Virus record (IMG/VR): IMGVR_UViG_3300032330_001252
Span: 1 to 64,000 of that record
DNA from: a virus
Lineage: Duplodnaviria; Caudoviricetes
Strand: one strand, 5' to 3'
Length of the DNA: 64,000 bases
This document shows, one piece after another, positions 63,691 to 64,000 of the stretch. The translations under genes and the position numbers were made by a program. Position 1 is the stretch's first letter, and each line of letters starts with the position of its first letter. The notes under the pieces are model-generated. The model was not told the origin of the DNA. It did no database searches and saw only the letters and a list, made by a program, of their open reading frames with translations.

Positions 63691-64000
63691 TTAATTTTCC
63701 TCGTACTTGAAGTATATTTTGTTTTGTGTTATAGTGATTAGTGGGTTTGTTTTTATGTTATCTAGATCAATATCTTTAAAGTATGATAGGTCTAAGTATT
63801 TTACGTTGAATAGTTTGTATAAACTATAGTCGCGTCTACCCGCTAACTGTATATATTGTGATTTATAAATTATATCCGTTATATTATCAGCAAAAAACCC
63901 ATCAGGGTTAATTAGATAACTATTACCAATTAAATTACGAATAGGTTTTACTTTTGAATAACTATTTTTAGGTATTTGTTTTTTAGTATAAAACAAGCGA
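63691..64000 (-). CDS. Hypothetical protein, probably 5'-truncated by the window edge
   Basis: Frame is open to the window end; position upstream of D11. Confidence 0.55.
   Translation of the reverse strand, partial: RLFYTKKQIPKNSYSKVKPIRNLIGNSYLINPDGFFADNITDIIYKSQYIQLAGRRDYSLYKLFNVKYLDLSYFKDIDLDNIKTNPLITITQNKIYFKYEEN

Noticed and set aside
1-64000. Stop-codon reassignment
   Set aside because: Conserved genes are full length under the standard bacterial code with dense packing

Overview
A 64-kb segment of a lytic tailed phage with T5-like (Demerecviridae-like) organisation. It is AT-rich, uses the standard genetic code and has host sigma70-type promoters. Spanins and a GH19 endolysin indicate a Gram-negative host. 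Layout: (1) 1-7.2 kb, a pre-early-like region of small leftward genes: four A2-like DNA-binding paralogs, two SprT-like proteases, a DEDD exonuclease, a HAD phosphatase, two 3-TM proteins and unannotated peptides. These are interleaved with dense non-coding signals. (2) 7.2-52 kb, rightward late genes: terminase, a Dps insert, nicking endonuclease, portal, fused protease-capsid gene, tail genes with a -1 frameshift, lambda-like tail tip, three long fibres, lysis genes, secreted low-complexity proteins and PhoH. (3) 53.1-55.5 kb, a leftward terminator-bounded cassette of collagen/Gly-rich proteins. (4) 55.7-64 kb, leftward nucleotide and recombination genes (class II RNR, dUTPase, D15, D14, D13, glutaredoxin, D12, D11). 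The strongest unexplained signals are in the first 7 kb: a complete type I hammerhead ribozyme in a promoter- and terminator-bounded non-coding transcript, a second structured ncRNA, two Fur-like boxes next to three sigma54 consensus sites, eight antisense promoters that all have an 18-bp spacer, a 44-aa peptide ending in an SSB C-terminal mimic, and a tRNA-shaped 3' UTR element. All family assignments come from motif recognition by eye; no database search was run.
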